Source of the DNA: Psammoneis japonica | Taxonomy: Eukaryota | Direction: 5' to 3' | DNA length: 21,065 nt | Assembly (NCBI GenBank): GCA_008632985.1 | Contig: QPGO01000265.1 | Coordinates: forward strand, 62,001 to 83,065 | Part shown: piece by piece, positions 20,617 through 21,065 of the stretch | How positions within the stretch are numbered: the first letter of the stretch is position 1 | Layout of the letters: the number at the start of each line of letters is the position of its first letter | Position numbers and translations under genes: made by a program | The notes under the pieces: model-generated | Seen by the model: the letters and a program-made list of their open reading frames with translations, nothing else | Databases searched by the model: none | What the model was told of the DNA's origin: nothing

Positions 20617-21065
20617 TGCAGCAGGCATCCCTACCGTGGCCACCGATGATGCCACTTTCCTGTGTCTGTAGGCTGTCCGTAGCGATGCTGATCCCGCAGA
20701 AGCGCGCATTAGATAACGCGACTCCTGGTACGAGACCTACGATGGTCTACGGGAGATCCATGCGACTGAGACCAGTGTGACTGGCCATCGCGCAAGTGAC
20801 TCACCTTGTATGAAAGGTATGCGTAGGATGTATGCAGCACCGAGTATGACTGATTCCGCGAAAGGACTCAAGCTCCGTATGTCTTACTATCGCACATACG
20901 CATGCTCTACGTAAAATAAGCTCATAATTTTTACACACACAGAAAATCTCTATCTCTACGGTTTAAGTACTTAATCCCTATTTCTGCATAGGTCATAGTA
21001 ATGTTACTTCCGGTAAGTGCAAGAATAGCTTTATTTAACTAACCATGACTGTCAACCGTTCTGCA
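20617..21065. repeat. Probable LTR of a third family interrupting the Copia RT
   Basis: RT similarity ends abruptly after YVDDLAFAMKDPQ; the new sequence starts TGCAG and the window ends CTGCA (5-bp inverted termini); right flank and TSD not visible. Confidence 0.6.

Noticed and set aside
1..21065. Classical RIP (CpA->TpA) as the cause of the TA/CA/TG differences
   Set aside because: RIP would create TAA/TAG stops and gain Tyr; here conserved Tyr is lost and most stops are TGA.

Overview
Eukaryotic, transposon-saturated window with no intact host gene. The protein families point to a diatom (inference). From left to right it holds: a duplicated ~220-310 bp non-coding segment; a full-length but mutated Ty3/Gypsy LTR retrotransposon (2595-8831, minus strand, TCAAT target-site duplication) with a 396-bp MITE inside its RT; an LTR of a second family (8892-9251) that recurs as a solo LTR at 18199-18565; a 3'-truncated APE-RT non-LTR retrotransposon (minus); a Crypton-like tyrosine-recombinase element; and a diatom-type Ty1/Copia pol fragment cut by two LTR insertions. 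The most striking signal is mutational. Repeat copies differ mostly at TpA versus TpG/CpA, and conserved Tyr codons in the unrelated elements are repeatedly Cys or His. This implies strand-symmetric A:T->G:C hypermutation at TpA in genomic repeats, the opposite direction to fungal RIP, on top of ordinary CpG decay (CGA->TGA stops). All counts are by eye; no searches were run.
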